Positions 52,666 to 64,000 of a stretch of DNA of 64,000 nucleotides are shown here, piece after piece. The stretch spans positions 75,082,001 to 75,146,000 of the forward strand of contig OX597823.1 of the NCBI GenBank assembly GCA_951406725.2, given 5' to 3'. This DNA is from Octopus vulgaris. Its lineage: Eukaryota. Below the pieces are notes generated by a model. The model was given only the letters and a program-made list of their open reading frames with translations, was not told the DNA's origin and did no database searches. The translations under genes were made by a program, and so were the position numbers. Within the stretch, counting starts at the first letter, position 1; the number at the start of each line of letters is the position of its first letter.

Positions 52666-52868
52666 GTAATAATAATAACGAAAAATACCTTAAGAATGAG
52701 AACCCAGGTTCGAAATTTCCCCAAGACACCTGACGAAGACTGGAGTGTATATCAGCCGAAACCTTGTGTTAACAATAAGCAAGATGGGGACAAATATCCG
52801 TCAAATGTAAATAACGTAAACAATCTAAAAAAATTATACAATTCCCCATCTCTTAAATATAGAACTGT
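52278..52868. mobile_element. Divergent inverted pair of the hammerhead element, tail on the right copy only
   Basis: 52278-52518 is inverted against 52520-52830. Hammerheads at 52385-52340 (-) and 52725-52770 (+); tail ATTCCCCATCTCTTAAATATAGAACTG. Confidence 0.85.
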
Positions 52869-55800
52869 AAGCAAATGTTCACTAACAGATTAGAACCCAT
52901 TTATATTTATATGATATCCCTAAGATCCAACATAATTTGCATCAAAATAACATTTTGCTTTGTGTTTTAGTGACATATCGACAGTTGTTATTCAGCCTAA
53001 AAGTGGCTTGACTATCAAATACAAAAGTTCCTTTAAATATATTTTTTGATGTTGTGTAAGTTACACTATGTCCTTTAGAAAAATGTACGATCATTGTGGT
53101 AACGAATTTCATCTAGGTTTTCTAAACAACGGCGGGTAGTAGCTTGTTTAGTATAGTCTGCGTTGACAATTTCAACATAAATAAGGCATTACATTTATTT
53201 ACATACGTAATTGGTTAATAAATATTTCGTATTGCTTGTACGTTCACAAAAATATTTTTGTAGGTTAAGCAGTTACACATAGCACATATACACACTGTCA
53301 CACACACACACGCATACACTCATATGTACATACGCAGAGATAAATACACACGCATATACATGCATTTACGCATACTTTATACATTTGTATATATATATAT
53401 ATGAGTGTGTGTGTGTATGTGTATAGTTTGATACGTCGTATATTCATAACCCTTATTTGTTGCACTTTCTTTTTCTAGAACATAAGTACACGTAATGAAC
53501 TATAGTTTCCATTTTAGATTATAGTCTTACGTCTTGTACTAATGAGTAAGATTCTAGCGTTGTTGAATTGGAAATACGTTGTCTTATCATTTGAGCTTTA
53601 ATACTTTTGGCCAATAATCTGTTTGTTCAGAGGCGCATGTGATGAAAAGCCATAACTGTAGAATAAATGATAATGAATTGAAACCATCCAATTATTAGAC
53701 CAACGTCACACTTCTACTTCTATGATAACGTAAACAACATTTAAGCTTACATATGTTACAATTGTGCAATATTACAAATGTCAACAGATATCTTTTAGTA
53801 GGATATTATACAAGTATAATACGTGGACAAATATACTTTTCCATCTACACATATTCGTATCAACATTCACGTGGAAAAAAATAGTGTGAGCTGTAGAAAT
53901 GTGCAGGTATAAGATGCGAGTTGATAAATTTTATGAGATAATTGGATCAAATACAAACTGAAAATTGATGTGTGTAGTTCCTATACAATTAAGTATATTA
54001 TTGATTTCCTGCGTTTCTTAATTAGATGTTTAGATAACTATATTACTAAAGATATAAGCATACTCATGCACAGCCATTAGATTACTAAGATGTATAAATA
54101 TTTATGAATAAACATACAATAAATGTAGCAATTTCATACGAATATATCGGGAATGTATTTCATCCCAACATATTCAATGATAGATTGTAATAATATAAAT
54201 ATTCTAATATTACTGCAGACCTGTTAAACATATACATAATTAAAGGTACGTTTGGTAGAGTAAAATTTAGACATATGACAAGTATTACTTATGACTGAGA
54301 TTCGTTCCTAGAATCAACATAGATGCGTATTTATTATAAGGGCGGTTTTTAAAATGGTGGCTAATAATAGTAGAGATGATGAGTTATATTTACGTTCTCC
54401 ATATTTCTGCATTTCAGAAATGTAAGAAAGAAAAAGGGCAGGTTAGGGAAACACTTTAACAGTCATAATTATGCAGGTGTGTTTCTGAAGATGATTCTAT
54501 AGCCTTTGAATTTTTGTTCGACTTCGGTTAATATGTAACCTTATTAATTCATATTCTCAGTTGCGCTTCTTGAAACAACGCACTTATATATGGGAACTTA
54601 CTTGAATATTCAGGATATACTTGCATAAATATATTGATACTACTGTTCGATTTCACAAGTTCGTGTTAGGGTATTGCATCCATGCAAATCTTTGCAAATA
54701 ATTCTGATTCTTTTGGGGAAAACGAATATTGTTTGAGATCGAGTCTTTGCAAAGCGATGGATTATGGTGTTTATTAGCGTTATCTAGGTGTGAAAGTATA
54801 TGTAACTGTTCGCGCACACACTAACAAACGAACACACACACACTCTCTCTCCCACTTCTATCTCTCACGCATAAACACAAACCCATACACACACGCACAC
54901 AAACACACACACATATGAAACGCAAAGACAAGTATGCATTCGTCTCTGGCTTGTATATATATTTCTTAGAAAATATACATCTGCAAAAAAATATATAAAT
55001 CATATACACAGACACAAAAAGAATCAGACATATATATGGAAAAATTCCTACAAGATTTATAACATGGAAAACTTTATATAAATAAATAACCAAGGATGTA
55101 ATGATACTGTTTTTGTAGTTTTGTTTTCTTTTTGCGAATAGTAAAGTGTTTGTTTGATGTATAATTAAACCAAAAGCAATTCTTGTTGATTAAGAATGTC
55201 ATACTAGAAATAAAAGAAACAAGTCAAAACTACAGAAGAATCTAATTAGTGCTTTAATTTAATAAAGTGTTTGGTAAATTACAAACAAAATATGGAGCAA
55301 GATTCGGAAAAAAATCTTCTCATTAAAGGTAAGAATAGAAATGTAGCAAACTTGTTGTACTCTGCATCGAGATGTAAAACTGCAATTTGCGCGGCTTCCT
55401 TAAAGTTCGCCTCCTGTTTTAAAATGTTATATTTTATTATATTGTTTTGTTTTATTGTGAAAGAACAGGGTATTTTGTATTCTGTTGTTTGTCTTATTAC
55501 TTGTGGAATCTAGAGTTGTTACATTCTAGACAACAGCTTCTGTTTGGGCAATTTTGTTGCAAATGCAGCCTTTTGATGTTTGCTCTTAATTAGAATGATT
55601 AACCTGGCAAGTTAATCATAAAAAAAAATGAATGAAAATGTATAACTACATATATATATGTGCACACACTCATATGTATATATGTATATATTATATGTGC
55701 ATTTGCTTATAAATATATATATATACATATATATATATATATGTGTGAGTGTGTGTGTGTGTATGTGTGCGTATATTTATGCACACATATACACACACTT

Positions 55801-57422
55801 ACGCATGCATGTGTGTATGTATGCATGTATTTATATACTCAACCCACTCAGACACACGCACGCTCACAAACACACTTCATTCTTCTAATTCTGTCTTAAT
55901 TATTGCTTCTGTTTAACTTTACTTTCACAGCTGTTTCTCTCTCTCCTTGTGTCGTAAATCCGTTTTCAGTTATTCAGTTTGTACCGTACTTTCTCTCTCC
56001 TCTATCTCCCAAACATATTCTTTTTATTCTGCGTACACCGGTTACTTGTTCCTTTACCGTTCTCTCTCACATTCTCCATCACTATCTCTCCCCTTCCCTC
56101 TCTCTCAGTCTCTCTCCCTGCTTGACTTATTTTCAAAGTCAAGAAGTAGTGACACCAAGAAGTATAGTACAACGGCAATAGTGTTCATGTCCGGCGTCAT
56201 TAACTCAAAGCATATGCAGATATATCTGTTTAGACATCTCAACTACTCAACTTTTATTTCGATTATTTGGGTAGTTTAATTGTTGGTTACCAAGTAAAAC
56301 TATGGTAAACGGCTAATGAAAGTGTTTCTGTTATCAGCAAATCCTTACGAACTATCTACCTTCCAATTACTCTAACGGAAATGCGTGACTATATTTTATA
56401 ACGTTATCTTCTCTGAAATACACTCATGGTCACTTCTTAGCACGTATATAAAAAGAGTAACGTTATATGCATCATATTAAAGATGCTATTGTAACATCTC
56501 CTACAAATCGCCAGTCATGAAAAGTACCTAAGGATTGCATTGAACTCAAAATACGGGTTTTGACATACAATTGGTGAGACTTTTCTGCTATAATATTTCA
56601 CAGACATAATGCTGACAAAAGAGTTATCTCTATATAACTAGATACAGGTAAGAAATAAAGTTGGTTTTTCGAAATGATGCTGATCAAGATACCTCAACAA
56701 TAATCCATGAAAATTCCGGACCAGTCCCAAAGTTTAAGATGCAAATGAATGCTAAATTGTCTTTTGGTTACACAATCATTGAGTATACTTCAAAGTCTTT
56801 AGCATATGTGTATGTGTGCATATTCTCTGGTGGACTATGATGAACCTTCATACCGTGGTGCTGCCTAAGATTGCAACCTTTTCTTTGTAAGCAAGAAAGC
56901 ATATTATGCAATAAATATATCATTCAGAAGTGCAGTGCCAACAATATCAGATAGGAATGTAGTACACATATTGTCTGCTGCAATATCGTATTTCTGTCAA
57001 TAACTATTATCATAGAAGCCAGTTTGAAATATCAAGTAGTCTCTTCAACATCTGTGTTATGCCTATAAGTATTTGCATATAATTCGTGATTCAAAGCAAT
57101 ATGTTCTTACATCTGTGTTGAAGTGAAAGCTCTGCAGAGCATTCATCTGAGATATGTTGCTTTATGAACTATTTAAAAAAATTAATATCACAATACACTG
57201 GCTATTACAGAATATGCCCTTACATATACACCAGATACAATCACTCCTGATATGCTGGGTACAGGTGTTTGTCAGCTTTGTTTATATGTAGATTTAGTAG
57301 TAGAGACTGAAAAATGTATGAGAAAACACAGGATACAATAAGTATTCAGTGGGTAATTTCGCTCCACAATTATTGAGCAATCCTAATAGAATAAGACGAA
57401 ATTCGAGAACAAGCATTTACAT

Positions 57423-57798
57423 AGGCGCAAGAGTGTCTGAGTGGTGTGTAGCGTGATTACCAACCATACGGTCCAGGGATGAGACCAATGCATATCACCC
57501 TGGGCAAGTGTCTTCTACTATACCCTCGGACTGACCAAAGCTTTCTGAGTGGATTTGGTAGACGGAAACTGTAAGAAACCCGTCGCATATATGTGTGTGT
57601 GTTTCCAACACACCATCGCCTAATAACTGATGGTAGTATGTCCACGTCCCTGTAATTTTGCGCTTTGGCAAAAGACCCGAGAGAATAGGTACTGGGCTTA
57701 CAAAGAATAATTCCCGGGGTAGACTTGTTCGAATAACGGCAGTGCTCCAGCATGACTGTAGTCAAAATTACTGAAACGAACAAACTAATAAAAGAATA
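57423..57798 (+). mobile_element. CORE-type tRNA SINE, full length, diverged
   Basis: AGGCGCAAGAGTG...CCCTGGGCAAGTGTCTTCTACTATA...GGATTTGGTAGACGGAAACTG...GTGCTCCAGCATG; colinear with 13730-14135. Confidence 0.8.
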
Positions 57799-59354
57799 CG
57801 AAACAGACTTAGAGGAATGGAAAAAAGGCAACAGGTTTCACTTAAATAATGGATCTCAATAGCAAAGGATCAATGATTACATTAATTAAACTTGAAATAC
57901 AATGGCGGTGGATAGGATTTCTACATTCACAACCTGTGAATTGATTCGCAAATAATATCAAGAGCTCTCGCATTTTTAGCAATATAAAAACAGGAATAAA
58001 TGACGTAGAAAGAAGAAATTCCGTTTCTTCAATTTGGATAAAAGTCGTTCGTCTTTTTTTCAGTCTCATCTCACGTAGCACGACTGAATACTCTAAAGGA
58101 GCTTGAAGGTCATTTGAACTCTAAGTAATGGATGCTTTCACTCCCTGTTTGCACAGCATCAAATATATACTAATAGCTAACTGCCTTCCGTTAGCGACTA
58201 ACCGAAATATGTGATGTAAATATCAAATTTCATTTCTGCAATTTAATATCGCCTCACAGGTATATCTGCAAACATATGTCGAGAGGGCATTAGGCAGTAA
58301 TCCGTGTTATGTCGTAGCACGGCAGTAGTATTTTAGTTACCAAATTCCAGTAGTGACAGGAGAGCCCTGGCATTAGATTTCACTAGAGTACTTTCTATTT
58401 CTCCAACTCAGGGAAACACACCAGCATACAACAAGCTACATCCAGCCGGGCACAGAATTCTTAGTTTCTCTTCAAGCAAATGTTACATGCCAACGATGAG
58501 ACTTAATGCACCTAAAACGTACATTATGTTGTACGAGCTAAACGCCTGCGATCGATTTGCATGAAAGGTTACTCGATCCATACGTACATTCCCATTATAT
58601 GAAGAATAACAAACAACAGTTACGATGGATCATGATTTTCTATTTTTTTAATGTCAATCCGATATCAGTTATAACGGCGCTTTCAAACATAACGTGAACA
58701 GGGGAAAAGGTTCTTTTTCGTTCAGAGAATGTTTTAGATTCTTCACAGAGAGAAAGGAACAGCTAATAAGTACAGAACTGATCAGTCTTCACGACATTTT
58801 TACTTTGATACGTCAAAATCTTAAATTTTATTTTGAATTTTATTTTTCAGCCTGTTTAGCGCTATTTCCTTATAAACCTCAACATAAGGAAAAATAAAAT
58901 CTATAATCAGCCTGACACTTCTTTGTCTATTTCTTTTTCACTGTATTTTTTATTTTGATTTTAATCGTATTTTCTCAGGGTCTAAATTTGTCTGTAAACT
59001 GCTGAAAATTACACATTATTTTGGTTATGCATTTCGCACACTTAGTGAAAATAGTGTAGTATATAACGACTGATTATTTAAGCAATCACCCAAAGAGACA
59101 CATTTAACTCATTGGTGGTATAATAATTATAACACAATATGTCACCAAAGTTCTACAATTTAAAAATGTGTTTATTTTAAATGTGTGGTATGTAACGAGT
59201 CATTTTAAATAAATTATGGCACTCGTTCCATTTTCTAGTTCCATGGTATTCCAGACGTATATACAGCAGCAGGAGTATTTCCAATTTATGATGATATCAG
59301 GTAGTTAATGCTTGCGAATGAGATTTGCTTTACCCGAATCTAATTTAACTATAT

Positions 59355-59370
59355 AAATATATATATGATG

Positions 59371-59401
<31 letters not shown>

Positions 59402-59419
59402 ATATATACATATGTATAC

Positions 59420-59452
<33 letters not shown>

Positions 59453-59532
59453 AATATATACATAAATACACATATGTGTATTTATATACATATGCGTGTA
59501 TATATCTATCCATCTATCTATCTATCAATCTA

Positions 59533-59585
<53 letters not shown>
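59355..59585. repeat. (TA)n/(TC)n compound microsatellite
   Basis: Read directly. Confidence 0.95.
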
Positions 59586-59586
<1 letters not shown>

Positions 59587-60699
59587 CTTCTTTAATCATA
59601 TGTATTGGTAATGAATATGTGAAGTCTAAACAAAAATGTGCAGCACTTAATAGATTAGTAGAATTCGAAAATATTTGGAGTGCTGAATGTCCTACCGTTT
59701 CAGATTGTAAGGTAAATTCTTTGATTAAAAGGAATACCAGTTTTTAACAGTTAAAAACTTCCGATTATGTCGCGGAGCATGTTGCATGTTCACGCAATTC
59801 ATGTCAACACTTTAAACTGCCTTTTTCAAACTCTTACTGCTCCCTTTTCTTTAATGCTTTTGAATAAAGGAATCACATCATTTATTATTTTGTATAGTCG
59901 CCGTATCGTTTTAACTGCAATACAGTTACGATATTCCATTGAGTACGTGAATGACAAAATCCGATAGAATTTTACAATAATCTTGTTCACTCAGAGGAAG
60001 TATCCATTTCGGATTACACAGGTGAAATGTTTAATCCTTTGCACATTTATTCGAGGAATATCTGTTTAGTGTTTGATCTTAAGCCATCATCAGATCCTTT
60101 AGTTTCCCTCTGTTAACTTTCGCTACTCAGCCACTTTTGTTGTGAGTCGCGAATTTTCAAATACTTTCTTTTATCTGTTGAACTGCACATATATATGAAC
60201 TTTTTCTAATTTTACCCTTTTTCGAAAATGTATCTTTTCGTGTTTTTCCCCTCTCGCTAACCACCATTACTTACAACCTTTTACTTATACATGGATGGCA
60301 ATTCATTTTTGCTGAAACGCTCCGCATCTAATGCATCTCATCCGTATTTCGTACTAGTCAACACACGAACATTGCTACGAGCTATAAAACTTCCTAAATG
60401 TTAACTGCGTATATAGATCTTTAAAAAAATGATTATGTGTTTCAATGCATGATGTAATGGTCTCAAACTACGATTGTTTTTAAGAACTAACAGAATCCAT
60501 ATCACAAGGGTCTATTAAATCAGGTCACTTGTTACTTGGTCTGAGCTTCGCGTTTTATCTCTTATTTATTAAAGATAGGTAATTCTTAAGATGAGTTTAA
60601 GAACCAGCTCATCACCGGGATCTGTATAGTCGAATGAACATTCCTTCATGAAATTTGTAATTGTTGTCTTCTAATTTGATACGATTTTTATTTTCACCA

Positions 60700-63600
60700 T
60701 CATCTTCTTCCTATTCTGTTCCCATTTCTTGGCGAAGGTCTTCTTGACACCTAGGGCAGAGAAATGCACGGTATACTTTCGTAGGCCATTAAAATAAACA
60801 CACCAGGTTTTTCATATACAAAGTCATGTGTTAAAGAAAAAAGGCAAGAAAGACAGATGGAAAAAGAAAAAAATATAGAAATATAAAAAATTAAAGTGGG
60901 AAATGGAAAGAAAGTTTCAATGGAATTCAGCCCAACGCTCCCATCATTACTGGTATAACTTTTACATTACCCTCTCGCATTTCATACAGTCTTGCCATTT
61001 TCAGTTTCAATTCAGAGTACTTGGTGATTTTTTCAACCACTTTACTCACAAAGTTCATGTCATTTGGTATGGCTTGGTCAATGATCTTACAGTATTTGTC
61101 GCTCGTATTCAGTATCACATTATCCGGCCGACTGTCTTCGATTACACGATCCGTCTGAAAATCATAGTCAAAGAGTATCGTTACTCTTCCAACCTCCTGC
61201 ATAACTTTACTTGGTACATGCTCACACCAGTTCTCTGTTACTTCATATTGGTATATACGGCATAAGATCCAATAAAAATACACACACAATTTATCGTGGT
61301 GGTGTTTGTATTATTTTTGTTCAAGGCTTTCACATGCACTTACCAAGTAGGTCACATTTTCCACACTCTACATTTCTCGGTGTCAGAAGTTTTATAGATG
61401 TTATACTTCACTGAATTGGTAACAAGAGCCTGGTCTTGTGCAGCAATGATCAGGCTTTCGGTGGTATGCGTCAAATCACCTCGCTCCAGCCATGCCAAAG
61501 ACGTTGTATTATCCTTACGTCTTGTGTATTCCTTTCAAAATGTCCATACATTCTCATTTCAAGAAGGACTTCTTTTTTGTTTTCTCTTCAGCCCTTTGGT
61601 TAAAATCTTCCTTGCCTATCATTTCATCTGCATTTACACCCACATCTTTTGTGGCATATTGCAGCAGATCTCCATCACTGTTTATCGAACACTCGGCAAG
61701 CATTCTCCTTATACTCCTTATACACTGGTCTATACTAATTAATACTCTGCACCATTCTTTCTTTCCATATACAGCCTGTTTACCTTTGATTTAGGGGGTA
61801 GCGCCCCATGGAACTTCATCGACTTTCGCGTCCTTCTATCGAGTGTTGATATTTCCTCCTTAGTCCATTAGAGGATGGACGCTCTATCTGGCCGCCGCAA
61901 CTGCCCAGATATTCATTGCAGTAATTAAACGTTTGGTATTTAGGTTGGATTTCAACACAGACTTCGCTCATTTTTGATACACCTCGCCGGACTTCACTTC
62001 CATTTGTCTGTGTAGAATGACATCCAGCTCCCAAATCCCTAGATATCTATACCCACTACAGTTGGGTTCGCCCATTGTCTCTTCTGATGGTAACCGCAAT
62101 CCTCTGCAGGCTGCTTTCTTCCTTCTTTTCATATTAAGTACTAAGCATTCGGTAATCCCAAATTCCATACCGATATCCCTACCACACCTCTGGACTGTTT
62201 TGGTTAAAGAATCTATCTGTTTTCTAGATCTCGCAAACAATTTTAGATAATTCAAAAAAAAAACACGTTTCAATGATGGGCCTTTCTTCACACATCAGTA
62301 AATGTTTTTTTCGATAATCAGGTGGTCCTTGGTCCCTTGAGAACACATCCTACACCCTTTGTGTTTCCTTGGTAATATTTGTTCCTGTGTCAGGAAAGTG
62401 TATGTCTTTATCTCACATATTCCAGTGAGTATCTTCCAGATAATGTATAGGCATACTTTTGGACGGTAGTTTCTCACAATATTCCTCTTTCGTCTATCTT
62501 TCATTATAAGCGTTGTCCTCGCAGTCACCAAAAGACAATGTAGCATTCATTAGCTTCTTAAGCTTTTGGACTGGTCTGGAATTTTCACGGAATATTTTGC
62601 AGTATCGTGATCATAATTTTGATGACAATATTCCTTTGTTTCTTTCCTGCGTGAAATTCTGCCTCGATAGCACTTAATGATCCGCTCCAGAAATTCTTGG
62701 CTTCATTTCCATCAGGAGCAACATTTACCCATTGTCTCAGAATGATCGGGTTATTTTCGAACAATCTGTTCTATTCGAACCGCTAATTTCTTTTCACAAA
62801 TGTGACTATTTGCCATGATCCTCTGTTTTAACTGCTCTAGTACTGCATCAAACCAGTTCTTCTCTATTTTGTATTCCTTTTCTAATTTTTCTCTGTCGGT
62901 GTTGTTCCCATTTTCCAGTTTCCTCTTAACCATTGCTCAATTTTTACTAGATCTTGCCGGATCCGCGTTATGTCCCTTTTAATCTGTCGTCCCAATATCT
63001 TTTTACCTCACCATTTTCTGTTCTCTTAAGTTGTAATTTCTCCTCAACAAGTAGTACAATAATTTGGAGGAGATTCCTTGTTTGTGTTATGCCCTCCGTC
63101 TGAATTTATGGTATGACTATTTATCTTTTGTGTTAATTTATTTAACATACTTCTCATATTCATGGGGATTTTTTGTTCTGGAGCATTCATCAAGTCGGTG
63201 AGTCGTCTTTGAACTTCAAGCAATTCCTTATCTAATTATCTAGTAGGTTTATTTCCCTTGCATATCCATCCAGCACGTTATCAGGGTTCGCTGTATAACT
63301 TTCCTCTTCCTCATCCATAACAGCCCCATAACCATTCCCCTGTTCCTCCTGTCTACTGCTTTCAAATTCTTCCTCTCTGTTTTCAACTCCAACCATCCTT
63401 TGTAGCCCATCTGCAGGGTCACTCAAACTCTCACTAATCCGAGATATTTCTACTCTAGTTGAGTAAACCTTTCTCCTAATCACTCTCTTGTTTCATTAAT
63501 ATATTTTCTGACAATGGACACATGTCCATTTCCATTGAGAATTTCAAGCTACGTCGGCCTACTCCGCGATTTGTTTCCAGCTTTGCTTTTTCCTGACATT

Positions 63601-63700
63601 CAATAGGTGTATCATACTCTTCCTTCGCCCAAATATATGTCTGTTTTTGCGCACACAGCCTATGCCTTCTTTTATGGCATAACGACTGTCCGAGGAGAGA
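60700..63700 (-). mobile_element. Near full-length, decayed R4/Dong-like LINE (RT, CCHC knuckle, RLE endonuclease)
   Basis: ORF pieces: NYRPKVCLYIIWKILT...KGCR..SQGTKDHLII (62295-62546); LKLFARS...DIGMEFGITEC...YRYLGI (61968-62291); CR..VENVTYLVSAC...HHD (~61370-61290); RLE domain in 60927-61289. Confidence 0.9.
60927..61289 (-). pseudogene. Restriction-like (PD-(D/E)xK) endonuclease domain of the LINE
   Basis: WCEHVPSKV...ILFDYDFQTDRVIEDSRPDNV...IIDQAIP.D...EKITKY..L...VIPVMMGALG. Confidence 0.9.
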
Positions 63701-64000
63701 TCACTGCCTCTGATGCGTGCGGTTTCGGACGTGCCGTGTGGAAAATTTTACATGTTCGGCTATAGCTATTTACACGCCGTTAATTCTTTCATTGTTCTAT
63801 TGCATAATGATTTCATGAGTCGTTCGTCAGTTTCTCACGAGAGATGCTATTGAGATACTATCACTCACTCCCGCTCTTTATTTGTATATAAAAGTGAACG
63901 TGTATATACACATACATACCTACATACACACACACACACGCATATATATACATATGGATATGTATGTATGTTCCCTTCTCGGGATCTTTCCTTCTCCTTT

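Noticed and set aside
49600-57300. Faint LINE-like motifs (KYLG near 49965; KVAILGS near 56870)
   Set aside because: Single short motifs, too decayed to call.

Overview
An AT-rich, microsatellite-dense animal genomic window. The SINE families and repeat style suggest a cephalopod (Octopus-like) genome; this is inference. I find no credible host protein-coding exon: nearly all ORF-track entries are microsatellite translations, antisense frames or decayed transposon fragments. The recognisable content is decayed mobile DNA: Tx1/L1-like, CR1-like and two R4/Dong-like (RLE) LINEs, a mariner, a Ty3/gypsy RT fragment, CORE-type and Meta-type tRNA SINEs, hairpin MITE-like elements, and many Penelope-like element (PLE) remnants. 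The most notable signal is a repeat family at five loci (about 12.4, 24.1, 26.9, 34.1 and 52.3 kb). Pieced together across these partial copies, the 3' end of a PLE GIY-YIG ORF is followed by a tRNA-Arg(ACG)-like Pol III A/B-box module, an (AAT)n spacer, a minimal type-I hammerhead ribozyme and a constant 3' tail. This is a candidate PLE-mobilised, ribozyme-bearing SINE. At least five other unrelated short repeats also carry minimal hammerhead-like folds with palindromic stem III. All motif calls were made by eye and element boundaries are approximate.
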